From Bacillota bacterium (GTDB lineage: Bacteria > Bacillota_I > Bacilli_A > RFN20 > CAG-288): DNA of 64,000 bases. Of this stretch, positions 46,927 to 56,023 are shown piece by piece (position 1 is the first letter of the stretch; every line of letters begins with the position of its first letter). The DNA is taken from the NCBI GenBank assembly GCA_036830315.1, contig DAISOU010000002.1:45132-109131 (forward strand), written 5' to 3'. Made by a program: the position numbers and the translations under genes. A model generated the notes under the pieces. It was given only the letters and a program-made list of their open reading frames with translations. It did no database searches and was not told where the DNA came from.

Positions 46927-49869
46927 ATGAATCCATTTAAAAAGATGTGGCAGACAAAGAGGACGCGGATCTTCATGATCGTCTGTCCGCTTGTCCTGAT
47001 ACTCTGTCTGGTTATTTCTCTTGTCATCGCCAATGTCCCGATAATCTCGGGAACTTTGGATATTGCCTTTGGAGGCAAGAGAGCAATAACTGGCGAAAAC
47101 AAGCAGCATTACGCTTCTGATTATGAGACGAAGGCTGAAGCCAAAGAAGCAGCCGAAAAGCTTGGAGTTGATATCGTCTCCGAAGGCATCACCTTGCTGA
47201 AAAACGAAAACAACGCCTTACCTTTGAAAAAAGATGATAAAGTCACTGTCTTTGGAAAGAACAGTGTCAATCTAGTTTATGGAGGCAGCGGTTCCAGCGC
47301 TTCTAAGTCTGAATCCAATGAAGGTGTCTATTCTTCTCTGGAAGCTTCCGGTTTCACCTATAATCCTACGATGAAGGCTTTCTATGACGATAAGGGAAAG
47401 AGCGGAAGCGGTCGCTCTACTTCTCCTAACATGGGTGATATCATCGCCGGTTTTGCAACGGGTGAGACTCCTATTTCCTCTTATACGGAAACACAGAGGC
47501 AGTCTTATTCTCAATATCGAGATGCCGCGATTGTCGTCATTTCGAGAATCGGCGGAGAGGGTTATGATCTTCCTCGTTCTATGAAGACTGATTATTCTGC
47601 TGATGCGACTAAGGTTGAGGGTGCCAGAAACAAAGATGACCATTATCTGCAGTTAGACCAAAATGAAACTGACCTTCTCAAAGAGGCCAATGACAACTTT
47701 GATAAAGTCATCGTCGTTCTCAATACGGCTCAGATCATTGAGACTGGGTTTTTGGATGACACCGAAAACTATGCCTATTATCCCAATATCAAAGCCTGTC
47801 TTTGGATGGGCTTGCCAGCTACTAAAGGCGCTTTGGCTTTAGGAAAGGTCTTGAGCGGAGAAGTAAATCCCAGCGGTCATACCGTTGACACTTATGCCAG
47901 AAATTTCAAAAACGATCCTTCCTATAAGAACTTTGGAAACAACAACACTGACGGCGGAAACGAATATCTGGTTTCCGGAAACAAAGCTGGTTATTACTAT
48001 GTCGACTATGAAGAGGGAATCTATGTCGGCTATCGTTATTATGAGACTCGCTATCAGCAGGAAAAAACTAAAGATCCTGATACCACCTGGTATAAGGACA
48101 ATGTAGTTTATCCTTTCGGATATGGACTTAGCTATACGACTTTTGATTGGGAAATAAAGTGGCCTGACATCAGTGACATCACTTCTCCGGATCAGGAAAT
48201 AAAAGTCGAAGTCAAAGTCACAAATACCGGTTCTGTTGCTGGTAAGGATGTCGTTTCTCTTTATTACACTCCTTTCTATACAGAAGGCGGAATCGAAAAG
48301 AGCTATGTCAATTTGGCCGCTTTTGAGAAGACTTCTCTTTTAGAGCCGTCTAGTAGTGAGACTTTAACTCTTTCTCTTCTTGCCTCTGATATGAAATCTT
48401 ATGATTATGATGATTCCAATAAAAATGAGTTCTATGGGTATGAATTGGAAAAGGGACGTTATGATCTTCACGTCGCCTCCGATGCTCACACCTATAAAGA
48501 AAGTCATTCGTTCAACGTTACTGAAAACCATCAAATAGACAAAGACTCTAAGACAAAGAACAAAGTTGAGAACCAGTTTGACGATGTGTCAGAGGGTATT
48601 TCCTCTGTCATGTCGAGAAAGAGCTTTGAGACTACTTATCCGACAACACCCTTGGAGGCTGACCGAACTAAAGACACCGCCTTTATTTCTTCTTTGTCCT
48701 ATAAAAAAGATGATTCGGGAAAACCCTGGGAAAGCACTACTATGCCGACTGTCGCATCAGCTGAAGTCTCCAAGGAAAACATAACTGTCACCTTAAAGGA
48801 CTTGGTCGGAAAAGAATATGATGATGCTCTCTGGGATACGCTTCTGAGTCAGCTTACCTTGGATCAGATGTCAAAATTGATCGGAACTGGTGCTTATGGC
48901 ACTGTCTCTATTGAGAATATCTCAAAGCCGATGACGACTGAACCTGACGGACCTTCAGGCTTTACTTCCTTTATGGCCCTTTCAGATGATGCTGTTGTCT
49001 ATGGCACTGCTTTCTATCCGGCTGAATCAGTCCTTGGTTCTACCTGGAATAAAAAACTGGCTGCTTCGATGGGGAAAAGTATCGGAAACGAAGGACTTAT
49101 CGGCAATGAAAAAGGAGACAAACTCCCATATTCAGGCTGGTATGCACCCGCTTGCAACATTCACAGAAGTCCTTTCGGAGGCAGAAACTGGGAGTATTAT
49201 TCCGAAGATCCTTATCTCTCAGGAATCATGGGAACAGAAGTCGTCAAAGCCTGTAAGGAAAAAGGCGTCTACTGCTTCGTCAAGCATTTTGCCGCCAATG
49301 ATCAGGAGACTAACCGCGACAGTGAAGGATGCTTAGTCTGGATGGATGAACAGACTATGAGAGAAATCTATCTCAAACCCTTTGAGATGATAGTCAAAGA
49401 AGGAGAGACGACAGCGATGATGTCCTCATTCAATCGATTAGGAAAAACCTGGGCGGGCGGAAGTTACGCTCTTCTGACTAGTGTCTTAAGGAAAGAATGG
49501 GGATTCAAAGGCGAAGTTGTCACTGATTACAACCTCTTAAGATATATGAATGTCAATCAGATGATAAGAGCAGGTGGAGACTTAGTTCTCAATCAGGGCA
49601 ATAAGGCACCTACTGTCAAAGATGCCGATGCCACTCAGGCAACGGCTATCTATAATTCCACTCATAATATTCTCTATACCATCGCCAATTCCAATGCCAT
49701 GAATGCAGAAATATTGGGATATCTGCTTCCAAAGTGGCAGGTGGTGATGTTTGCAGTCGACTATTCTCTTTTAGGTCTTATGGTGATCTGGGGAGTGGCA
49801 GTCACTGTTTCGGTCTTCTATAAGAAGAAACAAAAACCCGATTACGAATCAGCAAAAAAAGAAAATTAA
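46927..49869 (+). CDS. GH3 exo-glycosidase (GH3-7), N- and C-terminal TM anchors
   Basis: RBS AAGGAGAA. Motifs: SEGITLLKNENNALPL, ISRIGGEGYDLP, VVYPFGYGLSYTTF, VTNTGSVAGKDVVSLYY, WYAPACNIHRSPFGGRNWEYYSEDPYLSG, KHFAANDQETNR, GFKGEVVTDY. Confidence 0.9.
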   Translation: MNPFKKMWQTKRTRIFMIVCPLVLILCLVISLVIANVPIISGTLDIAFGGKRAITGENKQHYASDYETKAEAKEAAEKLGVDIVSEGITLLKNENNALPLKKDDKVTVFGKNSVNLVYGGSGSSASKSESNEGVYSSLEASGFTYNPTMKAFYDDKGKSGSGRSTSPNMGDIIAGFATGETPISSYTETQRQSYSQYRDAAIVVISRIGGEGYDLPRSMKTDYSADATKVEGARNKDDHYLQLDQNETDLLKEANDNFDKVIVVLNTAQIIETGFLDDTENYAYYPNIKACLWMGLPATKGALALGKVLSGEVNPSGHTVDTYARNFKNDPSYKNFGNNNTDGGNEYLVSGNKAGYYYVDYEEGIYVGYRYYETRYQQEKTKDPDTTWYKDNVVYPFGYGLSYTTFDWEIKWPDISDITSPDQEIKVEVKVTNTGSVAGKDVVSLYYTPFYTEGGIEKSYVNLAAFEKTSLLEPSSSETLTLSLLASDMKSYDYDDSNKNEFYGYELEKGRYDLHVASDAHTYKESHSFNVTENHQIDKDSKTKNKVENQFDDVSEGISSVMSRKSFETTYPTTPLEADRTKDTAFISSLSYKKDDSGKPWESTTMPTVASAEVSKENITVTLKDLVGKEYDDALWDTLLSQLTLDQMSKLIGTGAYGTVSIENISKPMTTEPDGPSGFTSFMALSDDAVVYGTAFYPAESVLGSTWNKKLAASMGKSIGNEGLIGNEKGDKLPYSGWYAPACNIHRSPFGGRNWEYYSEDPYLSGIMGTEVVKACKEKGVYCFVKHFAANDQETNRDSEGCLVWMDEQTMREIYLKPFEMIVKEGETTAMMSSFNRLGKTWAGGSYALLTSVLRKEWGFKGEVVTDYNLLRYMNVNQMIRAGGDLVLNQGNKAPTVKDADATQATAIYNSTHNILYTIANSNAMNAEILGYLLPKWQVVMFAVDYSLLGLMVIWGVAVTVSVFYKKKQKPDYESAKKEN

Positions 49870-49885
49870 TTCGGCCAATCCTTTT

Positions 49886-50764
49886 TTAGGCGGCCCTGCT
49901 TTCTAGTCCAAAGCAGGGCTTTTCAGATGTCGAGTTTTTTTTGAAATCGAATTCTTTTTTGCTTTCTCCGTCATAGCATTTGCCGTTATCAGAGTTGATG
50001 ATCAAGATGTTGCATCTATTTGAAAGAGCAGTACAGGCATCTAATCCGATTAACTGGTCTCGACAGTATATTGAATAGTCATTGTATTTGTGTTCGAGGG
50101 AGGCGTGAAAATCAGATACGTGCCAATGCCCGCAGACGAGGATTTTATTTTTTTCTTTTTCTTCTTTGAAGAAAGAATAGAAGAGGGTGAAAGGGCAGCC
50201 CCAGCGGGCATTTTCCCATAAGGGAGAATCAACAGGGAGTTCTCTCCAATCGGGAATATAGGAAAGACTGTCTAAATCATTGTAGTAGACTGATCCTTCT
50301 TTTTTGTCTTCTAAGGGCAGAAAAGCGTGAGTGATGATATAGTTTCCTATTTCCAGATAATTCACCCATTCATCGCTTTGAAACCAATCCGTTATCTTCA
50401 AAGACTTGAAATATTGGATTATTGTATGCGTATCAGTTTCTTTTTCATCGTAGCCTCTTTTGTAGAACTGAAGAATGGTTTTGTCAGAACAGTTATGGTA
50501 ATCGTGGCTTTGAAAATACCCTCGTTTGACGATATCACCAATCATGTCTTCATGATTGCCTCTGATTAGAATTCGTCTGTCTTTAGGAAGAGACTTTAAA
50601 TAATCATAGATCAATATGGAGTCAGGTCCCCGATCAAAAATATCGCCGTTTATGACTAAGATATGATCTTTGTTCTTTTCGTCAAAACCGGCTTTATCCA
50701 AAGCTGTTTTGAAAGGCTTATAAAATGAATGGACATCACTGGTGATGAAATAGGTTTTATTCAT
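49886..50764 (-). CDS. Calcineurin-like metallophosphoesterase
   Basis: Motifs in order: ITSDVHSFY, INGDIFDRGPDS, IRGNHEDM, ITHAF, VCGHWHV. Confidence 0.8.
   Translation of the reverse strand: MNKTYFITSDVHSFYKPFKTALDKAGFDEKNKDHILVINGDIFDRGPDSILIYDYLKSLPKDRRILIRGNHEDMIGDIVKRGYFQSHDYHNCSDKTILQFYKRGYDEKETDTHTIIQYFKSLKITDWFQSDEWVNYLEIGNYIITHAFLPLEDKKEGSVYYNDLDSLSYIPDWRELPVDSPLWENARWGCPFTLFYSFFKEEKEKNKILVCGHWHVSDFHASLEHKYNDYSIYCRDQLIGLDACTALSNRCNILIINSDNGKCYDGESKKEFDFKKNSTSEKPCFGLESRAA
49893..49923 (+). terminator. Intrinsic terminator of GH3-7, overlapping the 3' codons of the convergent phosphoesterase gene
   Basis: GCCCTGCTTT-ctagtcc-AAAGCAGGGC followed by TTTT. Confidence 0.75.
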
Positions 50765-51002
50765 GTTCGTAAACGTACTCCTTTTAAGTGTCAGACAACG
50801 TATTGATGAATGAATAATATCAATATTATATAGTATTCTTCTTCGGTTTTTTAAAACTGAATATTTAAGAAACAGGGAAAGAATAAAAAAATAAATGCCT
50901 GTTTCTTTGTTTTAGATAAAAAAGTATGAAAGAGCATTAAAAAAAGAAGCTGTTACGATAAATTCGCAGCAGCCTCTTTTAATGCTTTTTGTCTTAAAAA
51001 TT

Positions 51003-52166
51003 CTATTTGAGAAGTTCTTTGATTATCTCGACTTTATCAAGTCTTTCCCACGGCAAGTCGACATCGGGACGTCCAAAATGACCGTAGTTTGAGATGTCGC
51101 GATAGCGGAAAGAGGGATCTCTTAAGGAGAAAGCCCTGATGATGGCTCCCGGACGGCAGTCAAAGACTTTTTCGATGATTTCCATGATTTTCTCATCGGA
51201 GAAGTTGCTAGTCTTGAAAGTTGCGATGTTGATGGATAAAGGATCGGCTTTTCCAATAGCGTAACTTAGCTGAATCTCAAGTCTTGAGGCAACACCTGCT
51301 GCCACTAAGTTCTTAGCCATGTAACGAGCCATGTAGGCACCGCTTCTATCGACCTTGGACGGGTCTTTTCCTGAGAAGGCACCGCCGCCATGATGGGCGC
51401 TTCCTCCATAAGTGTCGACGATGATCTTTCTTCCAGTGAGTCCGGTGTCGCCGGCAGGTCCGCCGATGACAAACTTTCCAGTAGGATTGATAAGGACTTT
51501 GAAATCAGTGTTCATGTGGAAATCGAGAGCGACCTTTTTCATGATTTCCTCATGAATGAAGTTCTTGAATTCTTTTTCGTCATAGTCTTCATCGTGTTGA
51601 ACGGACATCAGAATCGTATCTATTCTTATCGGGTTTGTCGAATAATCAATGGTAACCTGTGATTTCATATCGGGCCTTGCATGTTTGAAAGTGCCATCCT
51701 TACGTAAAGAAGTCGCATAACGGACTAATTTATGGGCGATAGTTATCGGAATAGGCATATAGCCTTCCGTCTCATCGGTGGCATAGCCAAACATGATGCC
51801 CTGATCGCCGGCACCTTCTTTGAGATAGTCTTTGTTTTCAACACCCTGTCTGATATTGGATGACTGTTCCTGAATGAGGTTGAGGATCTTCAGTGTCTTA
51901 TAGTTGAAACCTAATTCGTCTTTGTCATAGCCGATATCTTTGATGACACCTCGGGCAATCTTCTCATAGTCGACTTTGGAATCAGTATGGACTTCGCCTC
52001 CGATGAGAAGGAACTGACGGGTGGCAAAGCATTCGATGGCGACATAGGAATTGCGGTCTTCTTTTAAGACAGCATCGAGGATGGCGTCTGCGACTTGGTC
52101 GCAGACCTTATCGGGATGGCCTTCACTTACAGACTCGCTCGTGAATAAAATATCAGTATTGGACAT
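51003..52166 (-). CDS. metK: S-adenosylmethionine synthetase
   Basis: ESVSEGHPDKVCDQVADAILD, GAGDQGIMFGYA, GGPAGDTGLTGRKIIVDTYGG, HHGGGAFSGKDPSKVDRSGAY. Confidence 0.97.
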   Translation of the reverse strand: MSNTDILFTSESVSEGHPDKVCDQVADAILDAVLKEDRNSYVAIECFATRQFLLIGGEVHTDSKVDYEKIARGVIKDIGYDKDELGFNYKTLKILNLIQEQSSNIRQGVENKDYLKEGAGDQGIMFGYATDETEGYMPIPITIAHKLVRYATSLRKDGTFKHARPDMKSQVTIDYSTNPIRIDTILMSVQHDEDYDEKEFKNFIHEEIMKKVALDFHMNTDFKVLINPTGKFVIGGPAGDTGLTGRKIIVDTYGGSAHHGGGAFSGKDPSKVDRSGAYMARYMAKNLVAAGVASRLEIQLSYAIGKADPLSINIATFKTSNFSDEKIMEIIEKVFDCRPGAIIRAFSLRDPSFRYRDISNYGHFGRPDVDLPWERLDKVEIIKELLK

Positions 52167-52188
52167 ATCGTCCCCCTTTCATGGGCGT

Positions 52189-52334
52189 AAAAAAAGCCCT
52201 CCACATTTATGGAAGGCGTATATTGCTTCCAGCTTATCGCTCAAGGCGTGGTACCTTGCTATCAGAGAGCACTTACTCTATAAGAGAGTTGCTACTAGGT
52301 TTTTTCACTGACTTTCACCCAGTTCTTGATAAGT
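52189..52334 (-). promoter_or_regulatory. S-box (SAM-I clan)-like riboswitch leader with terminator
   Basis: The minus-strand RNA has P1 CUUAUC paired with GAUAAG, then AAGA and UGAAAAAACC..GCAAC. P3 is ACUCU/AGAGU, followed by AAGUGCU. P4 is CAAGG/CCUUG. The terminator CCUUCCA-uaaaug-UGGAGGG plus CUUUUUUU follows, with a competing GGAAG anti-terminator arm. P2 (ACUG/CAGU) is non-canonical. Confidence 0.6.
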
Positions 52335-52342
52335 ACGACGTA

Positions 52343-52371
52343 ATTATAATATCCCTTCTTATGTATTTCAA
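52343..52371 (-). promoter_or_regulatory. Sigma-A-type promoter of the metK leader
   Basis: On the minus strand, TTGAAA-N17-TATAAT. The riboswitch P1 begins ~8 nt downstream. Confidence 0.65.
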
Positions 52372-52576
52372 GTTAGGCGCTTGATCATCTTCAAGTTGGT
52401 TATTGTCAATATTCCTATAAGACGATTATTTTCTCTTTATCTTATAGAAAAGAAAAGAAAAAAACGACTTCTTTTTACAGTTTTCCTTTTTGGTTGGGCT
52501 TTCATGCATAAAAGTCATTTTCCGAGTACTTAATATCTAGATATAGGGTAGAATATACAGTCTAAGAACAGCAAAC

Positions 52577-53998
52577 ATGAAAAGCGTTGATTTAGGTAAT
52601 GAGAAGACTTGGAATTCAATTCTGAAACTAGCTCTGCCGGCCATGTTGGCTCAGCTGGTGAATGTCTTATATAACATCGTCGACAGAATCTATGTGGGGA
52701 ACATCCCTTCAGTCGGATCCATATCATTGATCGGCTTAGGTGTCTGTGCACCTATCACGACTCTGATAACCTCTTTTGGATATCTGATCGGTTTAGGTGG
52801 CGCTCCTCTTTTCTCTATTGCCTTAGGTGAAAAGAACCCGAAGAAAGCCAAAGAAATCCTCTCCAATGCTTTTTTGATGCTTTTGATTGTATCGGCTTTG
52901 ATCATGCTGACTTTTTATTTGTCCATTGATTCGATGCTCTATGCTTTCGGAGCCTCTAAGGCCTCTTTTCCCTATGCGAAGACTTACCTGACTTTCTTCC
53001 TCATCGGAACCTTCTTTTCCATTGTCTCAACCGGTCTGATTCAGTTTCTGACAGCTCAGGGCTATTCTCTTTTTGCCATGCTTTCAGTTCTGTCAGCCTG
53101 TGTCCTGAATGTCATCTTGGATCCTCTTTTCATCTTTACCTTAGGCTTAGGAGTGAAAGGGGCGGCTATCGCCACTGTCATCTCCCAGTTTCTGTCCTTT
53201 TCCTTAGCTCTGTATTTCCTGCTTCAAAAAGCGACTGTCCCGCTGTCTTTCGGTTCTTATTCGATATCGACCGATATCAAGATACTAAAATTGGGTTTCT
53301 CTCCTTTCATCATCATGGCCAGTGATTCTCTGATTTTGATTCTCCTAAACAGCGTCTTAGCAAAAACAGGCGGAGATCAAGGTGATTTCTATATTGAAGT
53401 GGCGACCATCGTTCAGGCTTTTGAGTCTTTGGTGACCGGCCCGCTTCTTGGCATATCGTCAGGAACTCAGCCAGTCTTAGGATATAATTACGGAGCTAAG
53501 AATGTTCCTCTGATAAAGAAAGCGGAGAAACAGATAATGATGTTTGGCTTCTTCTTTACCGTCTTCTGTTTTGCCTTGTCCTTTTTGCTCAGCCGTCCTT
53601 TCAGTCAGATGTTCGTTGGGTTTTCCAATGCAGGAAGTCAGTCTGAAGCCATAGTCGATGCCTCAGTGAGGTTTATCAGAATCTACATGTTCGGTATCAT
53701 TCCTCTGTCTTTCCAATATGTCTTTGTCGATGGGCTGACTGGTATGGGACAGGCTAAGTATTCAATCGGGCTTTCTTTAAACAGAAAGTTAGTCATCTAT
53801 GTTCCTTCTTTGCTTCTTTTGGCTTATTTCACTAAAGATCCTTCTTCCTGTTTCTATGCGGAACTGATTGCGGATGTCTTATCCGGTCTTGTGACTTCGA
53901 TAGTATATTTCATCCTCATTCCCAAGATTTTCAGAAAAAGACTGGCAGAAAAAGACGAAGATATTGTTCTTGTCCAAGATGACAAGAACAGTATCTGA
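52577..53998 (+). CDS. MATE-family efflux transporter
   Basis: 12-TM protein with the typical MATE N-terminus WNSILKLALPAMLAQLVNVLYNIVDRIYVG and GLGVCAPITTLI...GLGGAPLFSIALG. Confidence 0.9.
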   Translation: MKSVDLGNEKTWNSILKLALPAMLAQLVNVLYNIVDRIYVGNIPSVGSISLIGLGVCAPITTLITSFGYLIGLGGAPLFSIALGEKNPKKAKEILSNAFLMLLIVSALIMLTFYLSIDSMLYAFGASKASFPYAKTYLTFFLIGTFFSIVSTGLIQFLTAQGYSLFAMLSVLSACVLNVILDPLFIFTLGLGVKGAAIATVISQFLSFSLALYFLLQKATVPLSFGSYSISTDIKILKLGFSPFIIMASDSLILILLNSVLAKTGGDQGDFYIEVATIVQAFESLVTGPLLGISSGTQPVLGYNYGAKNVPLIKKAEKQIMMFGFFFTVFCFALSFLLSRPFSQMFVGFSNAGSQSEAIVDASVRFIRIYMFGIIPLSFQYVFVDGLTGMGQAKYSIGLSLNRKLVIYVPSLLLLAYFTKDPSSCFYAELIADVLSGLVTSIVYFILIPKIFRKRLAEKDEDIVLVQDDKNSI

Positions 53999-54077
53999 TT
54001 CTCTGTTCTTTTATACTTCACGTATTTTATAAAATTGTATTCCTATACATATATATAGGATATATAGTCAAATTAAA

Positions 54078-54105
54078 GGGCTTAGCCCCAACCAAGGCTA
54101 AGCCC
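54078..54105. terminator. Bidirectional terminator between MATE and oppA-like genes
   Basis: GGGCTTAGCC-ccaaccaa-GGCTAAGCCC: a 10-bp GC-rich stem. Confidence 0.75.
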
Positions 54106-54137
54106 TAAGTATCTTTAGGAGATACGGAAATTAATGT

Positions 54138-55925
54138 CTAGAGAGAGTTTTCGTAGACTTTGACTTCAGCATGGGCATCTTTGCCAAGCTGGCAGTCATT
54201 GTTTCCGGAAGAAGTAGTCCACATATCAAGGAAGGTCATGGCATCATTGAAATCACCGTTCCAGCCATCACGGGCGACATCGAAGTCACCGGCTTTTCTG
54301 GTCTTCAGGAAGGTAGCCCATTCCTGAACATCAAGCTTCATCGTGATTCCGTAATTGGAGAAAGCACCCTGGAGGTATTCAGCGATGGCCTGATGGCCGC
54401 TGGACTTGTTGAGAATATAGGTGAAGGTGGGGAAGTCAGTGAATTTCTTCTTGGTGTCATCGTAGTTGTAACCGCCGGCTTTGATAAGCGCGATGCCTTC
54501 GGCGACATTGGCGGCCTGATCGGCAGGATCGACGGAGTAATAGCCCTTGCCGTCTCCCTTTGTTCCGTTCTTGGCGGCAAATTCGGTGACGCCGTCTCCT
54601 TCATAGGTTCCTTTGGCAACAAAGGAATTGGCAGGAGTCTGATCGCCTTTGGCGACGTTCTCGATAAGGTAGTTACGATCGATCAAGAGAGATAATCCTC
54701 TTCTGACACTGGCTCTCTTTGCTTCCGTGTCAGCCTTTGCGAAGGTAGTGGAATTGACGTTGAAGGCGACATAATAGGTTCCTAAGAGGTTTTCGTTGAA
54801 GTATTCGCCTCTAGGTTCATAGGTGCTCTTGATAGTGGCGATAGAGTCGATGGGGAAAGAATCAGCTAAATCGATGGCGCCGTTTTGATAGTTGGCATAG
54901 ATGGTGGTATCGTTATCGTCGAGAAGGAAATTAAGATTAGTCATACTGACATTGTCGGCATCATAGTAATTGGGATTCTTGACATATTTGATTTCGGAGT
55001 TGCTCGTCCAGGAGTCAAGCTTGAAAGGTCCGTTTGAGATATAGGTGGCAGGCTTAGTGGCCCAGCCTCCTCTTTCAGCGCTGGATTCGACAGCTGACTG
55101 TTTGACAGGAGCATAAGCCGGGAAGGCCATGAGCTGATTGAAATAAGGACATTCAGCGGTGAGGACAACAGTCAGTGTCTTGCCGTCTTCAGAAGCGGTG
55201 ACATTGAGCTTCTTGGTTCCGGTTGTATCATTGTTGCATTCGAGTCCGCCGTCGATGACATCGAAGATATAGGCGTAATCGGCAGCTAAGGTTCCAGAGG
55301 CGGCACGGTTCCAGGCATAGACGAAGTCAGCGGCAGTCAATGCCGTACCATCGGACCATTTGCTGTCCTTCAAAGTGAAGACATACTTGACCTTGCCATC
55401 GTCTAAGACAGTCTTGACCGGTTCGCCATCACTCAAGGCCGGAACAGCGGTTGTGATTCCCTTGACGTTCTTGAACTGATAGAGTCCGGTGAAGGAATTA
55501 GACACATAAGTGGCACCATCGACAGAGCTGTTGAGGGCCGGATCAATCGTGTCAGGCTCAGAGGCGATACAGGCAGCCATCGTGGTCTTGCCGTCATCTC
55601 TGGTGCAGTCATAGAAGAACTTATAGCCTAAGCCGGAATCGAAGAAACCGTCAACGTGAGAATTGAGAAGGAACTGGTCAGTATAGTAGTAGATAGGACA
55701 GACAGCTCCTGAATTCATCAGCATCGTCTCAGCTTCATGTAAAAGATTCGATCTCTTAGTCAGGTCAGATTCAGCTGTCGCCTTTGTTATCAGGGCATCA
55801 TAGGCTCCGCCCCAGGACTTTTTGTCTCCTTCAGGAGCAATCTTTGTGACGGTGGTGTTTCCACATCCCGCTAAGATAGCAGCCATGCTTAATATTCCCG
55901 TAAGATTAATCAATGCTTTTTTCAT
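54138..55925 (-). CDS. oppA: ABC transporter substrate-binding lipoprotein, family 5 (OppA/DppA-like)
   Basis: ATG at 55925 (MKKALINL...) with lipobox ILAGC. FTLKDSKWSDGTALTAADFVYAWNR and YVKNPNYYD are typical of peptide/oligosaccharide family-5 SBPs. Confidence 0.85.
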   Translation of the reverse strand: MKKALINLTGILSMAAILAGCGNTTVTKIAPEGDKKSWGGAYDALITKATAESDLTKRSNLLHEAETMLMNSGAVCPIYYYTDQFLLNSHVDGFFDSGLGYKFFYDCTRDDGKTTMAACIASEPDTIDPALNSSVDGATYVSNSFTGLYQFKNVKGITTAVPALSDGEPVKTVLDDGKVKYVFTLKDSKWSDGTALTAADFVYAWNRAASGTLAADYAYIFDVIDGGLECNNDTTGTKKLNVTASEDGKTLTVVLTAECPYFNQLMAFPAYAPVKQSAVESSAERGGWATKPATYISNGPFKLDSWTSNSEIKYVKNPNYYDADNVSMTNLNFLLDDNDTTIYANYQNGAIDLADSFPIDSIATIKSTYEPRGEYFNENLLGTYYVAFNVNSTTFAKADTEAKRASVRRGLSLLIDRNYLIENVAKGDQTPANSFVAKGTYEGDGVTEFAAKNGTKGDGKGYYSVDPADQAANVAEGIALIKAGGYNYDDTKKKFTDFPTFTYILNKSSGHQAIAEYLQGAFSNYGITMKLDVQEWATFLKTRKAGDFDVARDGWNGDFNDAMTFLDMWTTSSGNNDCQLGKDAHAEVKVYENSL

Positions 55926-56023
55926 AAATAATATCAATCCTTTCATTTACCCGGTTTTTCGGGCTTGCTTTTTACTTCTCTTATCGAAATCACTTATCTA
56001 TAGCCATGAGTTTCATTTGAGAG

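Noticed and set aside
50870-50906. Hairpin GAAACAGG...CCTGTTTC between the phosphoesterase and metK genes, considered as a small RNA or second terminator.
   Set aside because: The loop is ~21 nt and AT-rich, and the hairpin has no clear associated promoter. It may help terminate metK, but the evidence is too thin to annotate.
52385-52576. A promoter for the MATE gene (TTAATA...TAGAAT).
   Set aside because: The hexamer spacing is only ~13 nt. No better pair was found by eye, so it is left unannotated.
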